From positions 1 through 64,000 of the IMG/VR virus record IMGVR_UViG_3300033121_002140: DNA of 64,000 bases; one strand, given 5' to 3'. A model generated the notes under the pieces. The model was not told the origin of the DNA. It made no database searches and worked only from the letters and a program-made list of their open reading frames with translations. Each line of letters opens with the position of its first letter. Positions within the stretch are counted from its first letter, which is position 1. Shown piece after piece: positions 53,939 to 62,018 of this stretch. The position numbers and the translations under genes are program-made. The stretch comes from a virus. Taxonomy: Duplodnaviria > Caudoviricetes.

Positions 53939-54938
53939 ATCCGTTCCACGATGTGGATGCACGAAGCGCTCGAGACAGCGTCAGCAATCCGAGTCTACCC
54001 GCGCGGTGCGCCGCGAGAACCCTGATCCAATCCATCCAATAGCCATGGAGCAGCTCCAGAGCGCCAGACGCCTCGCGGACAGTCGAAACGACGTCACGAG
54101 CGGACCTCGCGGCACGCAGCTGACACTCCAGTGCTGCCATCGTCACTGTGGGCGGATGCGTCATGATCGCAGGCATCGATTTGTCCTGCTCAATGTCGAT
54201 CGGCGATGCCAGCGTTCGCTGGACCAACCGAAAATCACGCTCGTATACGTGAAGCGAGTTCGACACGTGTGTGTATGAACCCAATCCCACGGCCAGCTCG
54301 AGCGCCATGAGCTCCTGAAAGAGCGTGAAGGCAAAGACGTCGTAGGGCAACCCGATCACGAGATCGCTCGATCTCATCGAGACGATCAAGTGCAGCCTAC
54401 CTTCACGTAGAAAGAACTGCAGGGCAAGCGTGCACGGCACGTCTCTTTTGGCCAACCATGAATCGGTAGCTGACCGGATCTGGATCACAGCCCGGCGTGA
54501 ATCTGGGTCACGTCGCAGCTCTTCCTTGATGTACTCCCACTGGGACTGCATGGGCCCTGCCTTGAGCTCCCACGCTGTTTCCACTTCGTGACCGTGGACC
54601 CGCGGATGCCAACGCCTGAAGATCCTTGCACCGTAGGCCGAGTTCGCGGTCTTTCCATCGTCGCTGATTCCGCGCCAAAAGGGCGCATACCAGCCGATCC
54701 AGTCGGTCTCATCGTTTCCCGTCAGGTACCAGAGCGACTCTGCGACTGCATACGACACGGAACGGTCCGCTGCAGGCACGAATGCGAGCCTGGCTCTCGG
54801 ATCTGCCAACGTGAACTTCACTGCCAGCTGTTCTTTCACCCGTTGACCACGGGGTGCGCATTCATACGTGGGGTTCTCAAACACGCTCTTGAGCAGGTCC
54901 CAGTAGCAAGACGTGAAGCCGCTGTATGCACGTTCCAT
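53919..54938 (-). CDS. thymidylate-synthase-family enzyme, predicted dCMP hydroxymethylase-type
   Basis: PRG, AESLW, YGARI, DSRRAV, catalytic PCT, MRSSDLVIGLPYD (Asp at the ThyA Asn177 position), SNSLHVYE. Confidence 0.9.
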   Translation of the reverse strand: MERAYSGFTSCYWDLLKSVFENPTYECAPRGQRVKEQLAVKFTLADPRARLAFVPAADRSVSYAVAESLWYLTGNDETDWIGWYAPFWRGISDDGKTANSAYGARIFRRWHPRVHGHEVETAWELKAGPMQSQWEYIKEELRRDPDSRRAVIQIRSATDSWLAKRDVPCTLALQFFLREGRLHLIVSMRSSDLVIGLPYDVFAFTLFQELMALELAVGLGSYTHVSNSLHVYERDFRLVQRTLASPIDIEQDKSMPAIMTHPPTVTMAALECQLRAARSARDVVSTVREASGALELLHGYWMDWIRVLAAHRAGRLGLLTLSRALRASTSWNGYAKFTR

Positions 54939-54948
54939 TGCCAGAAGG

Positions 54949-54956
54949 ATACCTAT
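54949..54956. promoter_or_regulatory. bidirectional late-type motif (ATACCTA on +, ATAGGTA on -)
   Basis: lies in a 25-nt gap between divergent TS-like and GIY-YIG genes. Confidence 0.55.
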
Positions 54957-54963
54957 CAAAAAG

Positions 54964-55683
54964 ATGGCGTACATCTACTGCATCACGAACAGGATCGATG
55001 GAAAGCGCTACGTCGGACAGACGGCCACGACATTATCCAGGCGTTGGAACGGCCACAAACAGTCTGCCAAGCGTCATACCAACGATTCACATCTTGCTCG
55101 CGCAATCCGTCTGCACGGTCATGACGCATTCATGATCGAACCGCTGCAAGAATGCCAAATCGATGAGCTCGACGAGCTCGAAAGATGGTGGATCGCGCAG
55201 TTGCGCACGCAAGATCCCAACGTCGGCTACAACCTGTCGCCAGGTGGCCTGGGGGGCAATAGAGGGCTGCGCCGCTCGGACGATGCAAGGGCTAAAATGC
55301 GTGCACGACACTGGGCACGCGACGCTAAGCGTCGAGACCAGGCGACCAGGCGGAACAGCGAATCGCACGTGGGGATCGAGATGGATCACGAGACTCGTGC
55401 CAAGATCTCGAGGAGTCTCGCAGGCCATGTTCGCAGCGAAACAACGAGGACACGCATCGGCGAGACAAAAAAGGGCTCAAGCAACCCGATGTGGGGCAAG
55501 CCCTCCAAAAGACGTCCTGTCGTCCAGTGCACACCTGGTTGGCAGCTTATTGCAGTCCACGGATCGATCGAAGCTGCTGCGAAGGCCGCAAACGTCTCGG
55601 CACCGACCATCCGGTCCGCTTGCGCCCGGGCCGTCATTACGGCGGGATCGCGCTGGTGTTTTCTTGAGGACGACCCTGTCTAA
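54964..55683 (+). CDS. GIY-YIG homing endonuclease with NUMOD3/NUMOD1-like tail
   Basis: YIYCITN...YVGQT, RW.GH, GYNLSPGG, NPMWGK, SIEAAAK. Confidence 0.92.
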   Translation: MAYIYCITNRIDGKRYVGQTATTLSRRWNGHKQSAKRHTNDSHLARAIRLHGHDAFMIEPLQECQIDELDELERWWIAQLRTQDPNVGYNLSPGGLGGNRGLRRSDDARAKMRARHWARDAKRRDQATRRNSESHVGIEMDHETRAKISRSLAGHVRSETTRTRIGETKKGSSNPMWGKPSKRRPVVQCTPGWQLIAVHGSIEAAAKAANVSAPTIRSACARAVITAGSRWCFLEDDPV

Positions 55684-56645
55684 GCAACAATCGGGCGTGG
55701 GCCGCCCCAGTCGCCGCGGGCCTCGAACCACTCGCACGTCGCCTGCAGGCCTTGCCAGAGGCCCACCCTCGGCTCGTACCCAAGCACTGTCCGCGCCAGC
55801 GAGATGTCAGCGTGCGTCGTATGCACGTCTCCTACCCTGGACGGCGCCTGCACCATAGAAAGCTCGCCGTAACGTGCCCGCAGCGCCTGCAGGATCTGGT
55901 CGTTGGTGTGGGTCTCGCCGCAGGCCACGTTGAAGGCCCGGCCGTCCAGGGCATACGGATGCGCGGCGGCGAGCATGTTGGCATCGACGACGTTGTCGAC
56001 ATGGCACATGTCGCGGGATTGCGTGCCGTCTCCATCGCTACGCAGCGGCCGTCGACGCATCACGGCCGTGAGCCACGCCGCGATCGCGGTCGCGTAGGGA
56101 GAGTCCCCCAGGGAACCTGGGCCGAAGACGTTGAAGTACCGCAGGCACACCGACTCGAACCCATAGAGCCGCGCGTACAGGCCCAGGTAGTCCTCCACAG
56201 TGGACTTATGCATCGCGTAGGGTGATGCAGGCCTCCTGGGAGCGTCCTCACGGGTGGGTGTGACGGCACCGGGCCCATACACGGCTGACGAGGACGAGAA
56301 CACGAACCGCAGCCTGCGGCGCGCCAGGCGACATGCCTCGACCAGACGCATGGTGCGGTTGACGTTGACCTCGAACGTGCGCTCTGGATGCTCGACAGTG
56401 TAGGAGACCCTGGGCAGTGCCGCCATGTGGAACACGACGTCGTATCGACCGCTGCGAACCCGGGCCAGCACCTCGTCCGAGGCCATGTCCTCCTCTAGAA
56501 ACGACCAGCACTGTTGGGCCGGCGTCTTGTCGCAGGACGCCGTCAGGTCGTCCACCGCATCCACGGCCCAGCCCTCGCTGAGGAGCCGACGCGTCAGGTG
56601 GGACCCGATGAACCCGCAGGCGCCTGTCACGAGCGATGTCGGCAT
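55680..56645 (-). CDS. NAD-dependent UDP-sugar 4-epimerase-like (extended SDR)
   Basis: VTGACGFIG, SSSAVYG, YAMHK (YxxxK), RYFNVFGP, GDGTQSRD. Confidence 0.93.
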   Translation of the reverse strand: MPTSLVTGACGFIGSHLTRRLLSEGWAVDAVDDLTASCDKTPAQQCWSFLEEDMASDEVLARVRSGRYDVVFHMAALPRVSYTVEHPERTFEVNVNRTMRLVEACRLARRRLRFVFSSSSAVYGPGAVTPTREDAPRRPASPYAMHKSTVEDYLGLYARLYGFESVCLRYFNVFGPGSLGDSPYATAIAAWLTAVMRRRPLRSDGDGTQSRDMCHVDNVVDANMLAAAHPYALDGRAFNVACGETHTNDQILQALRARYGELSMVQAPSRVGDVHTTHADISLARTVLGYEPRVGLWQGLQATCEWFEARGDWGGPRPIVA

Positions 56646-56692
56646 GGCTCAAATTATCGCGCGCCATTGGCGGCTTGGGTCACGCCAGGTGG

Positions 56693-56917
56693 TCAGGCGA
56701 CGCTGGTCGCATGCGCTCGGAAGAAGTCGTACGCGTCCTCGTGGGAGACCTGCGCCGCGCTCGCGATGTAGGCCACCGCATCGTCATCCCCGTAACCCCG
56801 CGCCATCGCGTCGTCCAGGGCGACCGCCATCTCGCCCTCGTCAGCGGGCGTGACGCGTTCCATCTCTTCCCTGATCAGGTGCCGAAGTCGACGCACGGTG
56901 AGCATCATCGTCGTCAC
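56693..56917 (-). CDS. small protein with LRHLIREE leader
   Basis: leader motif; GAGG RBS. Confidence 0.7.
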   Translation of the reverse strand: MTTMMLTVRRLRHLIREEMERVTPADEGEMAVALDDAMARGYGDDDAVAYIASAAQVSHEDAYDFFRAHATSVA

Positions 56918-56922
56918 CTCGC

Positions 56923-57321
56923 TCAGTGCATGCTGAGCAGCGCATCCGTCAGGGGCTGCCTGTACTGCTCGGCGTCGTCGACGTCGCGCCTGCGTGACAG
57001 GTGCGTGATCACAGCTGGCACGACCTCATGCTCCAGGAAGTCCTCGTAGAGGTCGTAACCTTGGGACTCCCACTCACGCCAGGCCTCCCTGAGGCGCTGG
57101 AGCAGGTCGCCGCCCATGTAGCCCAGGTCCGTGACCTCGTCCACGATGTGCTCAGGCACGTCCGCCTGGGTCATCGCGTGGCCCACCCATTCACGAAACT
57201 CGTTCCACGTCGAAGCCTCAGGCGATGTGGGAGGCGGCTTGTTGGGAGCCTTGCCCGCCTCCACCAGGCGAGCAGCCTCTTCCTTGATGATCTGCCTGAG
57301 CCGTCCGACCGCGATGCGCAT
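56923..57321 (-). CDS. acidic protein with LRQIIKEE leader
   Basis: ATACCTA 5 nt upstream of ATG. Confidence 0.75.
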   Translation of the reverse strand: MRIAVGRLRQIIKEEAARLVEAGKAPNKPPPTSPEASTWNEFREWVGHAMTQADVPEHIVDEVTDLGYMGGDLLQRLREAWREWESQGYDLYEDFLEHEVVPAVITHLSRRRDVDDAEQYRQPLTDALLSMH

Positions 57322-57333
57322 ATGGCTAGGTAT

Positions 57334-57891
57334 TCACAAGACCAGCGCGGCCCGCAGCTCCGTGATCTGACGCCCGAGGTCCTCGTCGTCCACCGTGAGC
57401 CGCGTCACCCTGCAGCCGGTCGTCTCGACGAACTCCCGGTAGAGACCGTCGATCTGCATCAGCCGCGCTGGCCCGAGCTCGTCCGGGAACCTGTCGTCCC
57501 TGATCCCGGCGTACGAGGTGCGGGTGCACAGGACCAGGTCGGCACCCAGGGCCGCGTACCTGGCGTCCGCGTGCCACACGGCCGCGTCGTCCCGAGCACG
57601 GCCCATCGCCCTCGAATACACCCACTCGCACGGATAGCCGCGGTCCTTGACCATGCTGGCGCCAGATGCCCGGAGAAACGATGCCAGGTACTCGTCGCCG
57701 TAACGGACCGTGCGTGCGAAGCGCGTCGGGTCGTCCTTGAAAGCGTCCCACTCGCGGTCGTATTTCCAGTATGGGATCCCGACCGCCGCCGACAACCCGC
57801 GCGCGATCTCGGTCTTGCCACATCGATCTGGTCCAACCATCACGATGATGCGCTGTTCACGGTTTTCTGAAGTACTCGAACGTCCGTTCAT
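57334..57891 (-). CDS. dNMP/thymidylate kinase-like P-loop kinase
   Basis: GPDRCGKT, DRGYPCEWVYS; start uncertain. Confidence 0.85.
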   Translation of the reverse strand: MNGRSSTSENREQRIIVMVGPDRCGKTEIARGLSAAVGIPYWKYDREWDAFKDDPTRFARTVRYGDEYLASFLRASGASMVKDRGYPCEWVYSRAMGRARDDAAVWHADARYAALGADLVLCTRTSYAGIRDDRFPDELGPARLMQIDGLYREFVETTGCRVTRLTVDDEDLGRQITELRAALVL

Positions 57892-58669
57892 CCCACTTCA
57901 CTCCTTCAACAGCAAGAAGCTCTTGGAACGAGAGCTTCGGAAAGTCGTCCTCGGTGACTACCCTGAACTCCAGTCCCCGCTCTGCGCAGTACGCCCGGGC
58001 GGCTTCGAACTTCGCCATGTTCTTAGGCGTCTTCGCCAATCTGCTCGGCTTCACCTCGAACAGCAACCCTTGCGATGGCACACCGAAGTCAGGTCGGTAG
58101 GTACCGCCCGACCAGCGAATCAGGTGTGCCTCGTAGTCTAGGTCGTGCTGCACGTCCAAACCCATCGAGCGTTCTGCATGCAAGAGGAATGAGAGCTCGA
58201 ACAAGCTACGGAAGAAGACACCCTTGTACCAGCCTTTGACGGACCGACCGCTGCGGGCATACACTTTCCCCCACGCAGGATTGTTCTCGCCTGAGACAGC
58301 CGCCGACGTCCGCCGAGAGATGTCAGCGGCACGTTCCTCGCCATAGATCTCCGCGTTCGTCTTGCCAGTGCGGTGCTGCGTCACGCGCTGTAGACCATGC
58401 ACATGGTCATGTCGACCGTGCATTGGATTCTTCTCACCGGACGTTGCCTTCGACATCGTCAGCTTGAATCGTCGCGTTCTCTCAGCACCTTCGACGGCAC
58501 CGAGCTTGGCTTCAAAGCGCTCCTGCACTGATCGACCACGCTGCCACGCATTTAGGCATGACACGCAGCAAAACCGCGGCAGCTGCTTTCGAGACGGCCA
58601 CACGGTCTTGACCGCGGTCTTTCCGCACTGCGGGTTCTGACACACGAACTCGTACGCGACGGGCGACAT
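57857..58669 (-). CDS. TnsA-like PD-(D/E)XK homing endonuclease with Zn finger and NUMOD3 repeats
   Basis: CQNPQC...FCCVSC; GEKNPMHG and GENNPAWG; FRSLFE...YRPDF...FEVKP...KFEAA. Confidence 0.85.
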   Translation of the reverse strand: MSPVAYEFVCQNPQCGKTAVKTVWPSRKQLPRFCCVSCLNAWQRGRSVQERFEAKLGAVEGAERTRRFKLTMSKATSGEKNPMHGRHDHVHGLQRVTQHRTGKTNAEIYGEERAADISRRTSAAVSGENNPAWGKVYARSGRSVKGWYKGVFFRSLFELSFLLHAERSMGLDVQHDLDYEAHLIRWSGGTYRPDFGVPSQGLLFEVKPSRLAKTPKNMAKFEAARAYCAERGLEFRVVTEDDFPKLSFQELLAVEGVKWDERTFEYFRKP

Positions 58670-58705
58670 GATCTAAGGTATTGTCAGGGCCTTGAGATGT
58701 GCGGT

Positions 58706-59287
58706 CTATCCTGCCTTCAATCGCCAGTCATCACTCCGTCTCACCATGCCGATTTTTTTCACACGCACAGACTCCGTGGCCCACACCTCACCCGAGTCAC
58801 GAGAATCAGGCACGCAGTGCTTGAACAAGGCTTGCACGGCTGGATCTGCCTTGGCGCGCGTGATGTCAGCATCGTGCTGCCTCTGCGTCCACCGTCTCGA
58901 GCTCGTGACGTAGGGCCCGAAGTATGCTGGAAAGCGAGCATTGATGAACTTGAAGACGTCGAACTGCGCGATTTTCTTCGACGCGTGGCTGGGACACCGG
59001 ACGCGAGCGGGCTCGACCATGCCGGGCAGGTTGTCGACCGCGTAGACGTGGTACGCCTGTGCGAGCGTCTGCAGCCCATCGAGCGCGGCCTCGACGCTGG
59101 TCGCGAACGAGACGCGCGGCGTAAACCAGTCCTCGATGGGCATGCCTCGAAACTCGAGAGGATGCCTGGGAACACGTGGGACCAACACGACAGAAGGTCC
59201 CAGGTCTTTTTCCGAGAGGTGATAGTAGCTCTGGTCGCTGACTGCCTCGCGGATGAGGCTCCGGAGCCAACCCATCGAAACCTGCAT
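58706..59287 (-). CDS. protein with LRSLIRE leader, possible ADP-ribosyltransferase-like fold
   Basis: YYHLS...PRVP...ED.FTPRVSFATS; ATACTTG 6 nt upstream. Confidence 0.6.
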   Translation of the reverse strand: MQVSMGWLRSLIREAVSDQSYYHLSEKDLGPSVVLVPRVPRHPLEFRGMPIEDWFTPRVSFATSVEAALDGLQTLAQAYHVYAVDNLPGMVEPARVRCPSHASKKIAQFDVFKFINARFPAYFGPYVTSSRRWTQRQHDADITRAKADPAVQALFKHCVPDSRDSGEVWATESVRVKKIGMVRRSDDWRLKAG

Positions 59288-59305
59288 GCCAAACAAGTAT
59301 CGGTC

Positions 59306-59518
59306 TCAGGCCGAGGGCTGACACACGCACTCGAGCCCCGCGAAGGGTCCAGTCACGAGCTCGGCGATCACTCGGCCGTCGAGCGTGCGCTCGAGCTCCA
59401 CCGTGTGCGCCGCCTGCGGCTCGTCCGTGTGGATCGTCAGGCGCCTGCACACATGTTCGTCACCGCGCGCGAAGGCGGCCATCTCCTCGAGAAACTCAGC
59501 CGTGAACTCGATTTTCAT
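59306..59518 (-). CDS. hypothetical protein
   Basis: GAGAGG RBS; ATGA overlap. Confidence 0.65.
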   Translation of the reverse strand: MKIEFTAEFLEEMAAFARGDEHVCRRLTIHTDEPQAAHTVELERTLDGRVIAELVTGPFAGLECVCQPSA

Positions 59519-59850
59519 GCCTCTCTCCTCGTCACCAGCTCGACCAGCACGTCCCCATGGCACTCCGCGGGCTTGCACCTGCATGACAGCACGACGTCCC
59601 CCAGTGCCGGTAGGCACCCGAGGATCCACTCCCGGCGCTCGGGCTCCAGCTCCCGGTCGGACTCACCCAGCAGCCACGACCTGTAGCGCGACACGGCCTC
59701 GGCCCTGCTGCCCACGGCGACCGCCGCCAGTGTGCCTGTCGTGTGCGAGAACGGGTTGCCAAAGTGCATGCCCACGCGGCGGCGCGTGATGTCGATCGCG
59801 CCGGGACCCGGGGCCTCCCGGTGAGAGTTGACGACCCTCGCCTGGGTCAC
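59515..59850 (-). CDS. DUF4326-family protein
   Basis: VVN, IDITR...FGNPF, AVSRYRSWL, LSCRCKPAECHGDVL. Confidence 0.88.
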   Translation of the reverse strand: MTQARVVNSHREAPGPGAIDITRRRVGMHFGNPFSHTTGTLAAVAVGSRAEAVSRYRSWLLGESDRELEPERREWILGCLPALGDVVLSCRCKPAECHGDVLVELVTRREA

Positions 59851-60131
59851 TGGGCCCCCTGCGCGTGCCTGTCGTGCTGGCGCAGGACGCCCGCCATGCT
59901 GATCATGTCTTGGCCCGTGATCTCCACGATCGTGCGCCATGCGGTCACGACCTTCCCGAAGCACACTGGGCACAGCCAGATGAACGTGAGCCCGTCGCTC
60001 ACGTCGCAGATGTTGCCGAATCCGGTCTTGCGCCGGATCTCGCCCGCATCGTCTCCTCGGCTGTGCTCACATGAACGTGCGCCACAACGGCACACCAGCG
60101 TCGCCGTCTCATCACACACCGACACGGTCAT
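59847..60131 (-). CDS. Cys-rich hypothetical protein
   Basis: CRCG...CD...LCPVC; GGAGG RBS. Confidence 0.65.
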   Translation of the reverse strand: MTVSVCDETATLVCRCGARSCEHSRGDDAGEIRRKTGFGNICDVSDGLTFIWLCPVCFGKVVTAWRTIVEITGQDMISMAGVLRQHDRHAQGAQ

Positions 60132-60466
60132 CCTCCGATCCTCGCACCGTCCATGACGACGAGCCCGCCTTCGGGCACGGTCGCCAAGCGATCCACCACG
60201 TCGCTCGGCTCGGCATGATCTTGCGCCGACCACGACGCCGTCGAGCGCTCCGAGTCCTCGGCGTCCCAGCGGGCCAACCGTGCCACCACCCAATCGATTC
60301 CGTGTTTTTCTCTGCGGGCGATCGCCCACGCCTCGTCGTACCGAGGGTGATCCATCGCCTTCACGCGAGCCTGCTCTTCTGCACGCTCACGCATCATGCG
60401 GTCCCAGCCGGTCTCAAAGCCCGAGTCGAAGTCGCTGCCGCCGAAGTCGTCGGGTCCCACGTTCAT
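60128..60466 (-). CDS. hypothetical protein
   Basis: ATGA overlaps; natural composition. Confidence 0.65.
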   Translation of the reverse strand: MNVGPDDFGGSDFDSGFETGWDRMMRERAEEQARVKAMDHPRYDEAWAIARREKHGIDWVVARLARWDAEDSERSTASWSAQDHAEPSDVVDRLATVPEGGLVVMDGARIGG

Positions 60467-60807
60467 GACGCCGTCTCCAGGTAGGGCAAGATGTCAGTCG
60501 AATCGACGTCCCACACCATGAGGGTCTTAAAGGCACCCTCCACGTCGCCTTGGGCGTGCTGAAGGGCCTGTGGACCCTTTGGATGAGTCTCGACAGATGC
60601 CTGCATGAAGGCCGACAGCTCGGCCTCGCGCTCTGGGTCGATGGGCACCCACAGCCCAGGCGTCCTGCCGAGCGTGTGGCTCTCGAAGGCGGTTTGCTCC
60701 ATCAGGGCGTCGTCCTGCATCTGCCTCAACAGCGCGGCCTGCACCCCTGGGTCCATGGGCCGGGTCGCCCGGGGCTGCGGCACGAAAGAAGGCGTGTGGA
60801 CCCTCAC
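60463..60807 (-). CDS. hypothetical protein
   Basis: GTGA overlap with glycosyltransferase stop. Confidence 0.6.
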   Translation of the reverse strand: MRVHTPSFVPQPRATRPMDPGVQAALLRQMQDDALMEQTAFESHTLGRTPGLWVPIDPEREAELSAFMQASVETHPKGPQALQHAQGDVEGAFKTLMVWDVDSTDILPYLETAS

Positions 60808-62018
60808 GGCTCCAGCTCTTTCCGGGCCGCGGCCTCGATCATGTCGACCCGGTGCCCAGGCGAGAAGTCGGCCAACGCCCGCAGGGCACGTTCCTGCGCG
60901 GAGACCAGATGGTCGCGGTCCGCGGCCGACATGTCGGCCAGGTTTTTGACCTTCCGCACCACATCCTCGGGACCGTTCACCAGGAGCCCGCAGCCGTCGC
61001 CCACCTCACGCATGGGCAGGCTCTCGGCGGGCACCAGGGCGGGCACGCCCGCGGCGACCGCCTCCAGGTACCGCATCGTGATGTTGCCGTGTCTCGCGTA
61101 CTCGGGCTTCGTGATGTGACACACGGCCACGCTGTCGTTCAGGGTCCCGTACACGTCCCGAAACGGAAGGCGCGGCACGAAGGCTACGCCAGGATACGCC
61201 TGCAGCACCCCACGCGGGTGCTGCCGCTCGGGCGAGGGCGTGAGCCAGTTGCCGTGCACGGTCGTCTGAAGGCCCAGCCTTTCCCGGAGCTCCCGGGCAG
61301 GGCCGGCATAGTAGCGCACGAACTGGTCGTCACGCTCGTAGTTGTTGCCCACGTAGCGGTAGTGCACGGAGCCCTGGCGGGCCTTGTGGACCCTCGTAAA
61401 GTCGCTGCAGAAAGGCATGCGGACCCTGGGCCGCGTCAGCTCCCTAGGCCTGAGGCAGGGATCGCACACGGTCACCTTGGGCCACCGACGCTCGTCCTCC
61501 TCCGACACCTTCAGGTCCGTGTCGAGGACCACGATGGGCGTGCCCATGCGGGAATAGTGGTCCAGGAGCTCGACCTGGCGGTCCCAGTCGATCGTGGGCT
61601 TGCCCACGATCCGCCACCGCCATTCGACGAAGAGCACGTCGAGCTCGGGCAAGCCAGAACCCGCGCTGGAATCATCGACCTCGATCGGATAGCTGAGGAC
61701 GCACGGATCACCCGGCACGGGCGATGAGTCGATCCTGTAGTTTGGCACGGACCTGCCCTGTTCGAAGCAGGCCGCGATCATCGTGGTGCCTGCCTCACGG
61801 ATCGCGGCGGGCGTGCCTGCAAACCTGTTCAAGAATGCGTACCGCGTCTTCTCCCGCCTCTGCTGCAGCTGGATGACGCTGTGCCCCCTGCGCAGGAGCT
61901 CGTCCACCATCAGATGGCGCTCGCCGCGTAGGCCATCGGGCGTCTCGACCACGTGGCTGTCGCAGGGGCGCTCGAGAAAACCCCAGAACGAAACGCCACA
62001 ACGCAAAGACCGACTCAT
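60804..62018 (-). CDS. GT-B glycosyltransferase resembling T4 DNA beta-glucosyltransferase
   Basis: RYVGNNYER, RLPFRDV, ITKPEYARHGNITMRYLEAVAAG, LVNGPEDVVRKV match the BGT C-terminal pattern recalled from memory; AAGGAG RBS. Confidence 0.8.
   Translation of the reverse strand: MSRSLRCGVSFWGFLERPCDSHVVETPDGLRGERHLMVDELLRRGHSVIQLQQRREKTRYAFLNRFAGTPAAIREAGTTMIAACFEQGRSVPNYRIDSSPVPGDPCVLSYPIEVDDSSAGSGLPELDVLFVEWRWRIVGKPTIDWDRQVELLDHYSRMGTPIVVLDTDLKVSEEDERRWPKVTVCDPCLRPRELTRPRVRMPFCSDFTRVHKARQGSVHYRYVGNNYERDDQFVRYYAGPARELRERLGLQTTVHGNWLTPSPERQHPRGVLQAYPGVAFVPRLPFRDVYGTLNDSVAVCHITKPEYARHGNITMRYLEAVAAGVPALVPAESLPMREVGDGCGLLVNGPEDVVRKVKNLADMSAADRDHLVSAQERALRALADFSPGHRVDMIEAAARKELEP

Noticed and set aside
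53919-54938. Annotation as ordinary thyA, or as an intein/intron-split gene
   Set aside because: It has Asp at the Asn177 position. The ORF is continuous with no intein motifs, and the neighbouring GIY-YIG gene is free-standing and divergent.
57857-58669. Tn7-like transposon (TnsA)
   Set aside because: No TnsB, TnsC or TniQ and no terminal repeats. NUMOD3 repeats indicate a homing endonuclease.
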